A stretch of 64,000 nucleotides of DNA. Origin: an uncultured Nitrospinota bacterium (lineage in GTDB: Bacteria > Tectomicrobia > Entotheonellia > J063 > CAVPRW01). Of this stretch, positions 20,452 through 30,835 are shown piece after piece (positions within the stretch are counted from its first letter, which is position 1; every line of letters begins with the position of its first letter). Where the stretch lies: contig CAVPRW010000014.1 of the NCBI GenBank assembly GCA_963707985.1, forward strand, positions 1-64,000. The letters are read 5' to 3'. The notes beneath the pieces were generated by a model that saw nothing but the letters and a program-made list of their open reading frames with translations, did not search any database and was not told where the DNA came from. A program made the position numbers and the translations under genes.

Positions 20452-21858
20452 ATGATGACTGCTGTGGTCAAAGGGCAGTTACAACGGCTGAGCGAGCTGT
20501 CGAAGCGCGCTTTCGACCGCTTCAGATACCTGAAGCTGGCCTTGCTGAGCAGTATCTTGCTGCTGATAGGCCTCCTGGTCGCATTCTCGGACCACTCTCC
20601 TAACCTTGCCCACATGCGGATCAGCGTCCTATCGGCGAGCCCTCAGGGAAATTACCATGAGGTCGTCAACGCTCTGAGTGCGGAGGCCCTTCGTCAGAAA
20701 GGACACATCGAGAACATCCCGTCCGCCGGCTCCGTCGAGAACATCTCACGCTTAGTGGCCAGCCGAGCCTCATGTGACGTGCAGTTCGCTTTGGTGCAGG
20801 AGGGCATGGACTGGCCCCCCGGCTCTCGACTCGAGCTTGTCGGCCGGCTGCACAAAGCTGAGTCGCTCGTCTTTCTCGGCCGTGAGGCCGATCGGATGAA
20901 GGCGCTGACGGACCTGCGTGGCTTGCGTATCGGCATCGGCCCCATCGGCAGCGGCACGGAACACGTCGCGCGCCAAGTGCTCGCGCCCCTTGCGGAGCTG
21001 GACCTCATTTTGGAGACCCAGGGGATCGATGAACAGATGGCCATGCTCGAGCGCGGGGAGCTTGATCTCGGAGCCATGATCATCAACGAGGACGCTCAGC
21101 TCCTTTCCCAGGCAGTACGTGACCGTGGGCTCCAGCTCCTCAGCTTGCCGAACGCCGAGGCTTTGGCCCGTCGACTCCCCTTCAAGCGAGTCGGGCGCAT
21201 TGTGGTTGGGCAGTACGACCCGGTGCGTGTGCTCCCGAGCGAGGCTAAAGACGTACTCCAGGTCGACACACTGATCGTCGGCAACCGATGCGCGCGGCGG
21301 TCGGCCACGCAAGGGTTCATCACGGTCGTGGTGACGGTTTTTCCTGACTTCATGCGCTATAATCACGACACGCCCAACCGGACGGGACTGCCCCTCGCTC
21401 CGGCTGCCCAGAGCTACTTTGAGCATGAGGGGCCGGACATTTTGGGCGTCTATGCCCCCTGGGCCTTCGACATCATGCCGACGGCAACCTGGATTCAGCT
21501 CATTTTGGGGATTTCGCTCCTGCTCAAGGCAAAATCGTTGTGGAACCGCTTCCATCTCTCGCGTATCGACTCAAATCGGATGCGGACCGAAGACGCGATT
21601 CCGCTCCTGTTCGGTTCGACTGTCACCGTGGGTGAAATCGCCGAAATGGCGCCGAGTGAGAAGCACCGTACACCGGAGGCACGGGCGCAGCTCGACGCCA
21701 TCCTGGACCAACTCGCGACGCTTTTGGAGCGGTCCCGGCGGGACTCACAGTCCGTGCTTGTGCCCATGGGTGAGGAAATGCAATACCACAACCAGGAGAA
21801 GTTCATCGGCGACCTCCTGTATGCCCTCCGCGCCTTTCGCGACCGTCGGGGGCCGTAA
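20452..21858 (+). CDS. TAXI-family TRAP-type solute-binding protein with C-terminal membrane segment
   Basis: GNYH, SAGSVEN, FALVQEG, LRGLRIGIGPIGSGTE and PLAPAAQSYF motifs. Confidence 0.75.
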   Translation: MMTAVVKGQLQRLSELSKRAFDRFRYLKLALLSSILLLIGLLVAFSDHSPNLAHMRISVLSASPQGNYHEVVNALSAEALRQKGHIENIPSAGSVENISRLVASRASCDVQFALVQEGMDWPPGSRLELVGRLHKAESLVFLGREADRMKALTDLRGLRIGIGPIGSGTEHVARQVLAPLAELDLILETQGIDEQMAMLERGELDLGAMIINEDAQLLSQAVRDRGLQLLSLPNAEALARRLPFKRVGRIVVGQYDPVRVLPSEAKDVLQVDTLIVGNRCARRSATQGFITVVVTVFPDFMRYNHDTPNRTGLPLAPAAQSYFEHEGPDILGVYAPWAFDIMPTATWIQLILGISLLLKAKSLWNRFHLSRIDSNRMRTEDAIPLLFGSTVTVGEIAEMAPSEKHRTPEARAQLDAILDQLATLLERSRRDSQSVLVPMGEEMQYHNQEKFIGDLLYALRAFRDRRGP

Positions 21859-21944
21859 GGAGGCGGGTCCACCTCATTGGAGCCGTTCGGCCATGCGATT
21901 GTATGCTCGGTGTTGGATGGCATCCAATAGGAGCTGCTATAACA

Positions 21945-22340
21945 ATGCAGATCGAGATGATCTTGGCAGGGGTGGTGCTCGTGGCAGGGCTTGGCCTCAG
22001 TAGCTTAGCAGGAGCTGAGGAGCGCCAGTGGGTCCTGTGGAAACAGGAAGCAGACACCCGCACGGAGACCACCGAAGACGCTAAACGCATAGCGACATAT
22101 CCTCCAAGCCAATTCGCCGTGTGTGCACGCATCGCCCACAACATGGCTAAAGACGCCCAGCGAACATTCGCGCGTAAGCCATTAGGCGATCAGTTTAGTT
22201 GGGTGGATCAACATGGTGAGACCGGACACCAGATTGTCACGATGGCCGCCAAGGATGGCAGCGGTCTTGTGGGGATTACGTTTGTCTGCCTTCCAGAAGG
22301 CGAGACGCCAGCACATATCTTCAGCGACTCGACGAAGTAA
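21945..22340 (+). CDS. Hypothetical secreted protein
   Basis: Signal-peptide-like N-terminus (MILAGVVLVAGLGLSSLAGA) and two Cys; AGGAG upstream. Confidence 0.5.
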   Translation: MQIEMILAGVVLVAGLGLSSLAGAEERQWVLWKQEADTRTETTEDAKRIATYPPSQFAVCARIAHNMAKDAQRTFARKPLGDQFSWVDQHGETGHQIVTMAAKDGSGLVGITFVCLPEGETPAHIFSDSTK

Positions 22341-22538
22341 GGCGAGGAGGGGGCTCACTAGCTCGTAGATCTTAAAATCCTTGCCGCGATTGCCGGTGCA
22401 TTCCGTCTACGACAGCCATAAGTTGGCCCAGCCGCACTGTAGCTGCAATGAGACGCCATAGGCCCCTCACTGGACGATCGTCTGCACTGCGTGCCCATGG
22501 GTAATGGTGCCATAGGTGCCATAGGTGAAACATTGCTC

Positions 22539-23369
22539 TTACTTCTCCCCACTCGAAACCCATTGTCGCAAGCGATCTAGTATCCCGCCCCAGCCTCGGA
22601 TTGCGCTGTCTCCTCGTTTCCTGCGATGGATGTCGTTGCCGAACACTTCGGGTTTGCCAGCGAGGAGCTCAGTGGCCCGCAGCCAGGCATCCGATTCAGA
22701 CCCCCAGGATTCGTGCGCGAACCGGTAATCGTGCTTACGGCAGAACTCGTCCAAGTCGCCGACCAGGTGGGCATACTTGTGACGTTGCAGTGTGATAAGC
22801 CTGCCGAGTCCCGGATGCTGACCCTGGGTCTCAACCACGCGGCTGGTATGGGGGATACATAGTGGCGCAGAGCGCTCGAACCGATGTGCAAAGTCTCCGT
22901 CATAGAGGAAATTGAGGATGGTTTCCTGCGCGTGCCGTTCATGGTCGAGAATTACCTGGCAGGCCGGACAACTCTCCCTGTGCTGCCACCCCCGAATGAA
23001 TGCTCGTAAGGATTTCGGAACAATCCTCTGCTGGACAGGATGTTGCCGGCGCATGGTCAGCGCTCCGCGCAACAGGTCGTCTAATCGTGTCACCTCCCCG
23101 CTGATCAAGTCCCTGGCCATGATGGCGACACCGAGTGCGCTGCTGGCGATCTGCCTGGCCTGCCATGCATGCCAGTTGCACAACCCTCGGGAGGCTCGTA
23201 GCTTGCGTCGAATGCCGACATCATTGACCTGTTCATAGAAGAGCGTGTCTAGATAGCTGTGGGAATACTCCACCATGAAGCGGCAGACGGGACAACCCTC
23301 TTTATCGAAGGCGTCGAGTAGCGCAAAATACGTGAAAGACTTCTCCATGGCCGGTTCACGTGGCATCAC
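22539..23369 (-). CDS. DUF6062-like protein with duplicated CPxC...LCxxH zinc-binding-like motifs (start may be ATG 23348)
   Basis: EGCPVC...YEQVND...GLCNWH, ESCPAC...PLCIPH and KHDYRF motifs. Confidence 0.75.
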   Translation of the reverse strand: MMPREPAMEKSFTYFALLDAFDKEGCPVCRFMVEYSHSYLDTLFYEQVNDVGIRRKLRASRGLCNWHAWQARQIASSALGVAIMARDLISGEVTRLDDLLRGALTMRRQHPVQQRIVPKSLRAFIRGWQHRESCPACQVILDHERHAQETILNFLYDGDFAHRFERSAPLCIPHTSRVVETQGQHPGLGRLITLQRHKYAHLVGDLDEFCRKHDYRFAHESWGSESDAWLRATELLAGKPEVFGNDIHRRKRGDSAIRGWGGILDRLRQWVSSGEK

Positions 23370-23379
23370 GAGGTCCCAT

Positions 23380-23418
23380 AAAAAAACCCCTACTCGAGAG
23401 CGAGCCCTCGCATAGGGG
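23380..23418 (-). terminator. Intrinsic terminator forming the riboswitch expression platform
   Basis: Minus strand CCCCTAtgCGAG...CTCGagTAGGGG followed by TTTTTTT; its 5' arm overlaps the aptamer 3' end. Confidence 0.8.
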
Positions 23419-23461
23419 TCATCAGCCGCGGCAGCGGTGGTTAGAGGCGAACCCCATCACC
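23412..23461 (-). ncRNA. Fluoride (crcB) riboswitch aptamer
   Basis: Minus strand GGTGATGGGGTTCGCC-TCTAACCACCGC-TGCCGCG-GCTGATGACCCCTAT fits the GGYGATGRxGTTCGCC...GCTGATGAC.CCTA consensus. Confidence 0.88.
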
Positions 23462-23477
23462 TTTTGGATGACAGTGC

Positions 23478-23507
23478 ATTATACGCATCGCCCTCGCAGC
23501 ATTGCAA
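23478..23507 (-). promoter_or_regulatory. sigma70 promoter driving the riboswitch leader
   Basis: TTGCAA, 18-nt spacer, perfect TATAAT (23483-23478); 16 nt upstream of the aptamer. Confidence 0.6.
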
Positions 23508-23526
23508 TGTCAAGTCCGACTCGGAG

Positions 23527-23805
23527 CTATAGACCTCCCGCGCGGGCTCGGCAGTCCTCGACGACCTCTGGTGGGATCAGCCTCAGCGCCAGTATGACCA
23601 GGGTGGGAACGATTATCAAATCATCAAGATGCCCAATGATGGGGAGAAAATCTGGGATGAGGTCAAACGGTAAGGCGGCGTAGCCCAAGGCAAGCCAGAG
23701 AAGGACTTTTGCCAATTTCGGTGTGCGCTGGTCTTTGAGCACGAGCCGATAGACTGTGATCTCATGGGCGATTTTCCTGGCTGCTGCTTTCACGGTTTCG
23801 AACAT
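23527..23805 (-). CDS. DUF1232/YkvA family membrane protein
   Basis: [22 protein letters not shown] signature. Confidence 0.92.
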   Translation of the reverse strand: MFETVKAAARKIAHEITVYRLVLKDQRTPKLAKVLLWLALGYAALPFDLIPDFLPIIGHLDDLIIVPTLVILALRLIPPEVVEDCRARAGGL

Positions 23806-24168
23806 CGCTCGTCTCGCGCTCGCACGTGTGATGCCGGAGGGGGCTCCCGAGATCAGCTCTGCAAGACAGAGTGTGCTCAGACGCCTCGGACCACGGGCGA
23901 CAGTATCGGACACCACACCAGGCGCGCAGCCCCGTCAGCGCTCACGCGGTCACAAAGCATTGCTCCAGACACTCGTCTAGTCTACAATAGGCGCCTTGAA
24001 GCGGGGACGCCTTCGGCAGCTCGGGCAGCGGTTAACTTACAGAAAGCTTAAGCCCGCAACGATTTTTGCAGATCGACTCGCCACTGAAGCGGACGGATGA
24101 TCGCCAGCGTCTATGCTTGGCAGGAATCATGGTCATCATCAAGTGCAATCAGGGCAGGAGAAGACATC

Positions 24169-25876
24169 ATGGCACTCGACCCAAGACATCGCAGTCGGAC
24201 GCTTTATGAAGGTAAAGAACGCGCCCCAGCACGATCGCAGCTCAAAGGCATCGGCTTTAGCGATGCGGATCTGGCCCAACCGATTGTCGGCATCGCCAAC
24301 ACCTGGATTGGCACTATGCCCTGCAACTTCAACTTACGTGACCTGGCGGAGAAGGTCAAGCAAGGCGTGCGAGCCGCCGGTGGCACGCCCATGGAGTTCA
24401 ACACGGTAGCGATCAGCGATGGCATCACCATGGGGACGGAGGGCATGAAGGCTTCCCTGATCAGTCGTGAGGTCATTGCCGATTCGATCGAACTGGTTGG
24501 CCGTGGTCATATGTTCGATGCCGTGATCGCGCTGGTGGCGTGTGATAAGACCATTCCCGGCGGCGCTATGGGTCTCATTCGTCTTGATGTGCCATCCCTG
24601 GTCCTCTACGGCGGTTCGATCATGCCGGGAAGATTTCAGGGACGAGATGTGACGGTGCAGGAGGTCTTCGAAGCTGTCGGGGCCAACGCCGCCGGTCGTA
24701 TGAGCGACGCCGACTTGAAAGAGCTCGAAGACGTGGCCTGTCCTGGGGCCGGTGCGTGTGGTGGCCAATTTACCGCCAACACGATGGCCATGGCGTTGGA
24801 GTTCATCGGCCTGTCGCCCATGGGAACGGCCGGTGTCCCTGCTGTCGATCCCCACAAGGACGATGTCGGCTATCGCTGCGGCCAACTGGTTGTGGAGCTG
24901 CTGAAACGCGGCCTGCGACCGAGCGACATTCTGACCCGACAGGCGTTCGAGAATGCCATTATAGGGGTCGCCGCCTCGGGAGGCTCCACGAACGGTGTCT
25001 TGCATCTCCTCGCCATGGCTCGCGAGGCGGGCATACCGTTGACCATCGAGGACTTCGACGTCATCAGCTCCCGTACGCCGCTGCTGGCCGATTTGAAGCC
25101 TGGGGGACGCTATGCGGCGATCGATCTGTACCGCGCCGGCGGTATTCCTCTCATGGCCAAGCGCTTGATCGAGGCGGGGCTCCTGGATGCCACGCAGATG
25201 ACGGTGACCGGCCGCACCATCGGCGAGGAAGCCAAGGCCGCCGTGGAAACGCCTGGGCAGGACGTGGTACGTTCCCTCTCGAACCCGATCAAGGCCACGG
25301 GCGGCCTGGTGATCCTGAAGGGCAACCTGGCGCCTGAGGGATGTGTGATCAAAGTCGCCGGCTATGATCGCGTACTACCATCGCGGCCCGGCGCGAGTGT
25401 TCGACCGTGAAGAAGACGCCATGCACGCCGTCACCCAGGGGGGGATTCACGCTGGTGATGTCGTGGTTATTCGCTATGAAGGCCCGCGTGGCGGCCCTGG
25501 TATGCGGGAAATGTTAGGCGTGACCGGGGCGATCGTGGGTGCGGGTCTCGGCGAATCAGTGGCCCTGCTCACCGATGGACGCTTCAGCGGCGCCACCCGT
25601 GGCTTTATGGCCGGCCATGTCGCCCCCGAAGCCGCACGCGGCGGACCAATCGCCGCCGTTGAAGAGGGCGATATGATCGTCTTCGACATCAACGCCCGCC
25701 GCCTCGATGTCGAGGTGTCGGAAGCCGTTCTGCAGGAGCGCTTGTCAAAATGGCAGGAACCCGCCCCACGCTACCTCTCAGGGGTCTTCGCCAAATATGC
25801 CGCCCTGGTGTCCTCGGCGTCGGAGGGGGCTATCACCCATCCGCAATTCCTCCGCGGCTCAGGAGCGCACATCTAA
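24169..25876 (+). CDS. ilvD: Dihydroxy-acid dehydratase, with one frameshift at about 25372 (pseudogene or sequencing error)
   Basis: PCNFNL, SDGITMG, CDKTIPG and GGSTN motifs; then [20 protein letters not shown] and GHVAPEA in the shifted frame 25364-25876. Confidence 0.93.
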
Positions 25877-25957
25877 GAGGACATGACTGCATGCTGAGGA
25901 CTGCGAAAAACCCCCACTCAGTCCTCAGTTCTATCTTGCCAAGGAGCGTATGGAGCG

Positions 25958-26719
25958 ATGCGTGAGAATCGAGCCAAACAAAAATTGCTGAACGGTCAGA
26001 TCGTCACCGTGACCTCTGGTCATCAATCCTCCGACATGATCGATTTTCTCGGCCCACTCGGCTTCGATGCCATGTGGCTCGAGACCGAGCATGGGCCGGT
26101 CAGCTGGGAGCAGATCGGCGATATGTCGCGCGCCTGCGATCTGTGGGGCATGTCTCCGATTGTGCGGGTCAACGCCAACGAGCCGTGGCTGATTACCCGG
26201 ACGCTCGATCGCGGCGCCAGCGGTATCGTCGTGCCGCATGTCTCGACCAAAGCCGAAGCGGACAAGGCGATGCAATCAGCCAAATATGCCCCGCTCGGCT
26301 ATCGCGGCATGTTCGGCGGCCGGCGTTCGTTTGGAGTCGCGGATTATTTTAAGACGGCCAACGATGAGACCATCGTGGTGGTCCTCATCGAAGAGATAGA
26401 GGCGGTGCAGAACCTCGCCGAGATCTTGACGGTCGACCATATCGATGTGTTCTTCGTTGCGCCATCAGACCTGGCGCAGACCATGGGGCATATCGGCAAT
26501 CCCACGCATCCGGCGGTGCAGAAGGTCATCGACGAAGCCATCGGTCAGATCGTCAAAGCCGGACGCACCGCTGGCACCCTGGTCAATGATGAAAATGTCG
26601 AGCGCTATCTGGACCTGGGAGTGCGTTTTGTGATGAATGGTTGGCCGGGCTGGGTGGTCAAGGGGGCCAACACCTATCTGAGCAAGGTCGCTGCCAAGGC
26701 GTCGGCAGCGGCGCGATAA
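25958..26719 (+). CDS. HpcH/HpaI aldolase family protein
   Basis: GFDAMWLETEHGP, LDRGASGIVVPHV, KYAPLGYRG and DVFFVAPSDL motifs. Confidence 0.9.
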   Translation: MRENRAKQKLLNGQIVTVTSGHQSSDMIDFLGPLGFDAMWLETEHGPVSWEQIGDMSRACDLWGMSPIVRVNANEPWLITRTLDRGASGIVVPHVSTKAEADKAMQSAKYAPLGYRGMFGGRRSFGVADYFKTANDETIVVVLIEEIEAVQNLAEILTVDHIDVFFVAPSDLAQTMGHIGNPTHPAVQKVIDEAIGQIVKAGRTAGTLVNDENVERYLDLGVRFVMNGWPGWVVKGANTYLSKVAAKASAAAR

Positions 26720-26744
26720 CACCCTCGCAGAAGGAATACCGCAG

Positions 26745-27233
26745 ATGCCATTACCTGAACGATATAACACCGGCTATAACGTCGGCGTGGGCGGAGCCGT
26801 GGTCCAAGATGGGAAGCTGTTGCTGGTCCGACGTGCCAGCCGCCGTGGACGCGGCAACTGGCAAATTCCCGGCGGCTTCATCGAGCCTGATGAGACCATG
26901 GAGCTCGCCGTCGTGCGCGAGGTCGCTGAAGAAGCCGGCGTGCAAGCCGAGGCGGTGGGCGTGCTGGGAATACGCAGCCGTTACAATCCGGACACTGGCA
27001 ATAGCATCTACGTCGTCCTATTGATGCGTCCCATCGCCGGTGAGCCCACGCCAGACATGGTGGAGGTGGATCGCGCGGGCTATTTCTCCCTGGAGGAGAT
27101 TCAGGCCCTCGAGCAGGTGCCAGCGATCAATCTGGAAGTCGCCAAACGGGCCTTAGCGGCCGATCATCGGCTCCTGGCTCCCGAAAAGGTGAGCGGCCCG
27201 GCGGGAGCCCTGTATACGCTGTTTATCGGCTAG
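26745..27233 (+). CDS. NUDIX hydrolase
   Basis: Nudix box GGFIEPDETMELAVVREVAEEAGV. Confidence 0.93.
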   Translation: MPLPERYNTGYNVGVGGAVVQDGKLLLVRRASRRGRGNWQIPGGFIEPDETMELAVVREVAEEAGVQAEAVGVLGIRSRYNPDTGNSIYVVLLMRPIAGEPTPDMVEVDRAGYFSLEEIQALEQVPAINLEVAKRALAADHRLLAPEKVSGPAGALYTLFIG

Positions 27234-27256
27234 GGATTTCTGTTCTATGGCATGGC

Positions 27257-27694
27257 TCAGGCCTCGGGCCAGAAGTCCGCGTTCAGCGCCTGCGCTGCCG
27301 TCCACGGACAGGCCTCGGGGAAGGTGGCCAGCGGCAGGCCCGTCTCCTGGGCCGCATCGCGGCGGGCTCGGGGGTACGCCCAGGCCGCTAGCTCGTCCAG
27401 CTCGCCGGATAGGCTGGGGAGGTCCTCCATGTCCTCCTGCACCAGGACGCGGCCGTTGGCGAGAGTGCTGCGCCAGCTCTCGGTGCGTTTGTCCGGCTGA
27501 TGGCGCCACTTGAGCAGGTGGCTCAGGATCAATCGCAGTTGGCTCCGCACGGCCCGGCGCTCCGTCTTGCGCAACTCCTCCACCTCCTCAGCCAGGTGCA
27601 CGACGTCGAGCGCCGCCCAGTCCTTGGTCCGCAGCGCGGCGGCCTGCACCTGCGCCCAGGCATAGAAATCGGTGTGATAGTCCGGGGTAGTCAT
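27257..27694 (-). CDS. DUF29 family protein
   Basis: YHTDFYAW...LAEEVEEL...HLLKW..QP...SW...ETGLP..TFPEACPW pattern. Confidence 0.9.
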   Translation of the reverse strand: MTTPDYHTDFYAWAQVQAAALRTKDWAALDVVHLAEEVEELRKTERRAVRSQLRLILSHLLKWRHQPDKRTESWRSTLANGRVLVQEDMEDLPSLSGELDELAAWAYPRARRDAAQETGLPLATFPEACPWTAAQALNADFWPEA

Positions 27695-27823
27695 AGGGTC
27701 TCCTGGTAGGTCTCTCCTCGGAACAGCCCGGAGATGCAGTGGTTTTGGCGTGGCTTAGTTTCCCTCTACTCTTATCTCAGAGTTGATCCGCCGCATGTGG
27801 GAAAGTTACAGGCAAAAACGTAA

Positions 27824-27865
27824 AAACCAGAAACCAGGAACCAGCAATCAGGAAGCAGAAGACAG
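27824..27865 (-). repeat. Six tandem CTGnnTn heptamers immediately 3' of TR
   Basis: ctgtctt ctgcttc ctgattg ctggttc ctggttt ctggttt on the minus strand. Confidence 0.75.
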
Positions 27866-27988
27866 CAAGACAGGGCCCACCACCACCCGCACCCCGATAT
27901 TGTTGTTGAAGTTATCGGGATGATTATGGTTGCGGGAGGAGACGCGGGCGTTCCTATGATTATTGTTCCAGGCGCCGCCCCGCAGCGT
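27866..27988 (-). ncRNA. DGR template repeat (TR)
   Basis: 123-bp match to VR1 (39405-39527), rich in AAC/AAT codons; 12 of 15 mismatches fall at TR adenines; lies directly downstream of avd. Confidence 0.95.
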
Positions 27989-28038
27989 CTCCGGTCCAGC
28001 CCCTCGACCCATAGAGCGAAGCGTCACACGTCGCGGCG

Positions 28039-28377
28039 CTATCCCCCTACGGTTCTTTTCTGCCAACTGCCGAGCAAGCGCCCGATTTCGGCGAGCATTT
28101 GCCCGGCGTGGCGCTGTTGGCCGAGGCTAATGTAGCCCAGATCGTGGCTGAGCCGCAAATAAAAGCGCAGCTTGTCCAGCTCTACATCCGCCGCTCGCAG
28201 GGTGTCGGCGCTATTGAGCAGGCGCACGGCTTCGATCAGCCGTTCCTGCAACCCCAGGGCCGCCTGCTGCATGGCGGTGGCCAACACAAAGCGCTGGTGC
28301 CGGGGAAATTTGATCGTCACTGGAATGAGCCACTTCACGAGGTCGTAGGTCCGGGCAAAAATGGGCGATTGTTCCAC
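28039..28377 (-). CDS. avd: DGR accessory variability determinant (bAvd-like four-helix bundle)
   Basis: [13 protein letters not shown]...[10 protein letters not shown]...[22 protein letters not shown]...EIGRLLGSW; lies between RT and TR. Confidence 0.93.
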   Translation of the reverse strand: MEQSPIFARTYDLVKWLIPVTIKFPRHQRFVLATAMQQAALGLQERLIEAVRLLNSADTLRAADVELDKLRFYLRLSHDLGYISLGQQRHAGQMLAEIGRLLGSWQKRTVGG

Positions 28378-29416
28378 GCTGCACTCCTGGGAATCACGTG
28401 TTGCGAGACCAGTGCCCGCCGCAGGCCGTAGGTATCGCCGTGGGCAGCGTGCGCTAGCCAGCCGCGCACCGCCGCGGCGACATCGGCGTAATCCAATGTG
28501 CCAGCGGCGAGCTGGCGCAATTGTTGCCGAAAGCGACGGGAGAACGCAATGCCATTGCGACGCTTGAGCAGGCGATGGCTGGGGTAGGTGACGAATCCCA
28601 AAAAGGGAATACCATTACTCACCGGATAGACGGTGCTGGAGCGGTCGTGTACGGTCAGGCGCAGGTGCGCCAAAAAATCGATGATGGCTTGCCGCCAGGT
28701 CCACAACTGGTGTTTGCTGTCGCTGAACAGCAGAAAATCGTCCACATAGCGGACGTACGCCCGGCATCGTAACTGCGTTTGATGAACTGGTCCAGCTCAT
28801 TGAGATAGCAATTGGCCCAGAACTGGCTGGTCAGGTTCCCGATGGGCAAACCCCGCGGCCGGAGAGCAGCCCACAGGTCATCTCCGGGAAAGAAGACAAC
28901 GGTATATTCATCCGTCAACACATCCTCTCCACTGGCAAGGATCTGATCAATTAGCCAGCGCATCTGCTCGTCGGCAATGGTGCGGCACAGAATGTTGCGT
29001 AGGAGCACATGGTCCACAGCAGGAAAGAACTGGACAACGTCACATTAGAGCACGTATGGATAGCGGCGGGCAAATTCCTGACAGCGATGCAGGGCCGCAT
29101 GGGTGCCTTTCCCAACCCGACAGGCATAGCTATCGTGGATGAAGCGGGCCTCGAAAATGGGCTCGATCTGCTGCACCAATGCATGGTGCACCACTCGATC
29201 CCGGAAAGGCGCGGCACTGATGAGTCGCGGTTTGGGGGAGGTGATGCGGAAGTGCGTATAGGAACCGGGGCGGTAGGTTTGGGTCTGTAATTCCTCTTCC
29301 AACTGGAGCAAGTTGTCGGTCAGAGCGTATTTGAAGCTGGCCGCTGATCGCGATTTGCGCTTGCGGCGTGCGGCATTGCGCCAGGCTGTGTGGAGATTTT
29401 CGTAAGCCCAAATGCG
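28335..29416 (-). pseudogene. DGR reverse transcriptase, main body (TAA at 29047-29045, 1-bp frameshift at about 28775, N-terminus displaced)
   Basis: KPRLISAAPFRDRVVHHAL, SYACRVGKGTH, *CDVVQFF, GLPIGNLTSQFWAN, YVRYVDDF and GIPFLGF motifs, typical of DGR-class RT. Confidence 0.95.
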
Positions 29417-29580
29417 AGTTCTTGCGCACTTTTGGTGATTCAGGGTAGCTGAAGCAAAATTTCCATGAGCAAGTCGATGGCAGCAAACTCGAAAATCCTT
29501 CTAAATCAATGGAGGACCGAGCAAGGTTCTTGCTACTGGCTGGGCTGTTACCTGGCATTCACCAAAAATGGCCAAGAGCC
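29417..29580. mobile_element. ISL3-type MITE forming the left end module
   Basis: Paired imperfect IRs AGTTCTTGCGCACTTTTGGTGA ... TCACCAAAAATGGCCAAGAGCC with no coding capacity between them. Confidence 0.7.
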
Positions 29581-29998
29581 CACACTCTCTGAGAATCAAC
29601 TCACAATAACGAAGAATACCTTGAAAACATCCATCCCTGCTCACGTGCATAGAGAATGGTATTACTTGATCAATTCCAAGGAGTTGGGTCTCTTCCCTCC
29701 TTGGTGTGTCCGCGAATCGTCTCCACGGATGTGAACGGTTTAATCTGCAAAATGGGCATCAACCCAACCATCGCGTGACCACGTAGCTCTCAGTACCGCA
29801 GAACCCGTTCGAATGATAGCGCATGAGCAATTCCGTTTCACCCGGCGCGGGTTTGTGCTAGATTTTCCTTAAAGCACTCACACCGATTCCGTATCGTGGC
29901 CCGGCGTACCCACCACGCCATATCAGTCTTAGGACATGCGTGACACCGGTCTGGAGTGGAGCCGACTCCGCATAGACTGGCGTGAAGGACTCACCCAT

Positions 29999-30835
29999 AT
30001 GGCTGATCTCCATCAATGGTGGACGTATCCGCTGCTCACCCTTCTAGGGGCGGTCATCGGCACGTATGGCACCCTCATCGGGGCCGGCGGGGGGATCTTC
30101 CTGGTCCCGACACTCCTGCTGCTCTACCCTCAGGAATCGCCCAACACCATTGCCAGTATGTCGCTCGCGGTGGTGTGCGTGAATGCGGCATCCGGCACAC
30201 TGGCCTATGCGCGGATGCGGCGGATCGATTACCAGGCTGGATTGCTGTTCGCCGCGGCGACGGTGCCGGGCGCGATCCTCGGGGCTTATGTCACGAGCCT
30301 CCTCTCCCGCCAGCTCTTCGACTCCATCTTAAGCGTGATCATCCTCTCCCTCGCAGCCTTCCTGATCCTGCGCCCCACGCCGCGGGCACAGTCGCTGCCG
30401 GTCCTGCGCTACGGGCTGGCACGCCGGTTGACGGACGCGAAGGGGATGGAATACGACTATACCTTCAACCTGCCCGGGGGTGTGGCCTGGAGTGTTCTCA
30501 TCGGCTGGGTGTCGAGTCTGCTCGGGATCGGCGGCGGGGCCTTCCATGTCCCAGTGTTGGTGTATTTCCTGCATTTCCCGTTACACATCGCGACAGCGAC
30601 GTCTCACTTGACGCTGGCGATCATGAGCCTGATGGGGAGTGTCACCCACGTGTTCATGGGCGACTTCACGCATGGCATTCGGCGCACCGTCGCGCTGGCG
30701 GTGGGGGTGCTCGTGGGGGCGCAGCTGGGGGCCATGTTGTCGCAGCGGCTGCGCAGCACCACCCTCATCCGCATCTTGGCGCTGGGGCTCGTCCTCTTCG
30801 GCATGCGGCTGGTCCTGCAGGCACTACAGCACTGA
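29999..30835 (+). CDS. Sulfite exporter TauE/SafE (TSUP) family protein
   Basis: GTLIGAGGGIFLVP, SSLLGIGGG..HVP, ATATS and GAQLGA motifs. Confidence 0.9.
   Translation: MADLHQWWTYPLLTLLGAVIGTYGTLIGAGGGIFLVPTLLLLYPQESPNTIASMSLAVVCVNAASGTLAYARMRRIDYQAGLLFAAATVPGAILGAYVTSLLSRQLFDSILSVIILSLAAFLILRPTPRAQSLPVLRYGLARRLTDAKGMEYDYTFNLPGGVAWSVLIGWVSSLLGIGGGAFHVPVLVYFLHFPLHIATATSHLTLAIMSLMGSVTHVFMGDFTHGIRRTVALAVGVLVGAQLGAMLSQRLRSTTLIRILALGLVLFGMRLVLQALQH

Noticed and set aside
22495..22530. Short tandem GGTGCCATA repeats
   Set aside because: Only about two units and no spacers; not CRISPR or iterons.
25360..25385. Programmed frameshift in ilvD
   Set aside because: No slippery heptamer is visible; error or mutation is more likely.
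27848..28066. 72-aa ORF resembling an FGE/CLec C-terminus
   Set aside because: It is the translated TR (Asn-rich from AAC/AAT codons) lying after avd, so it is better explained as template RNA than as a protein.
28335..29416. RT as a group II intron maturase (IEP of the nearby intron) or a retron RT
   Set aside because: About 370 aa when rebuilt, with GNLTSQ and YVDD motifs, adjacent avd and an A-biased TR/VR pair; it lies outside the intron boundaries.
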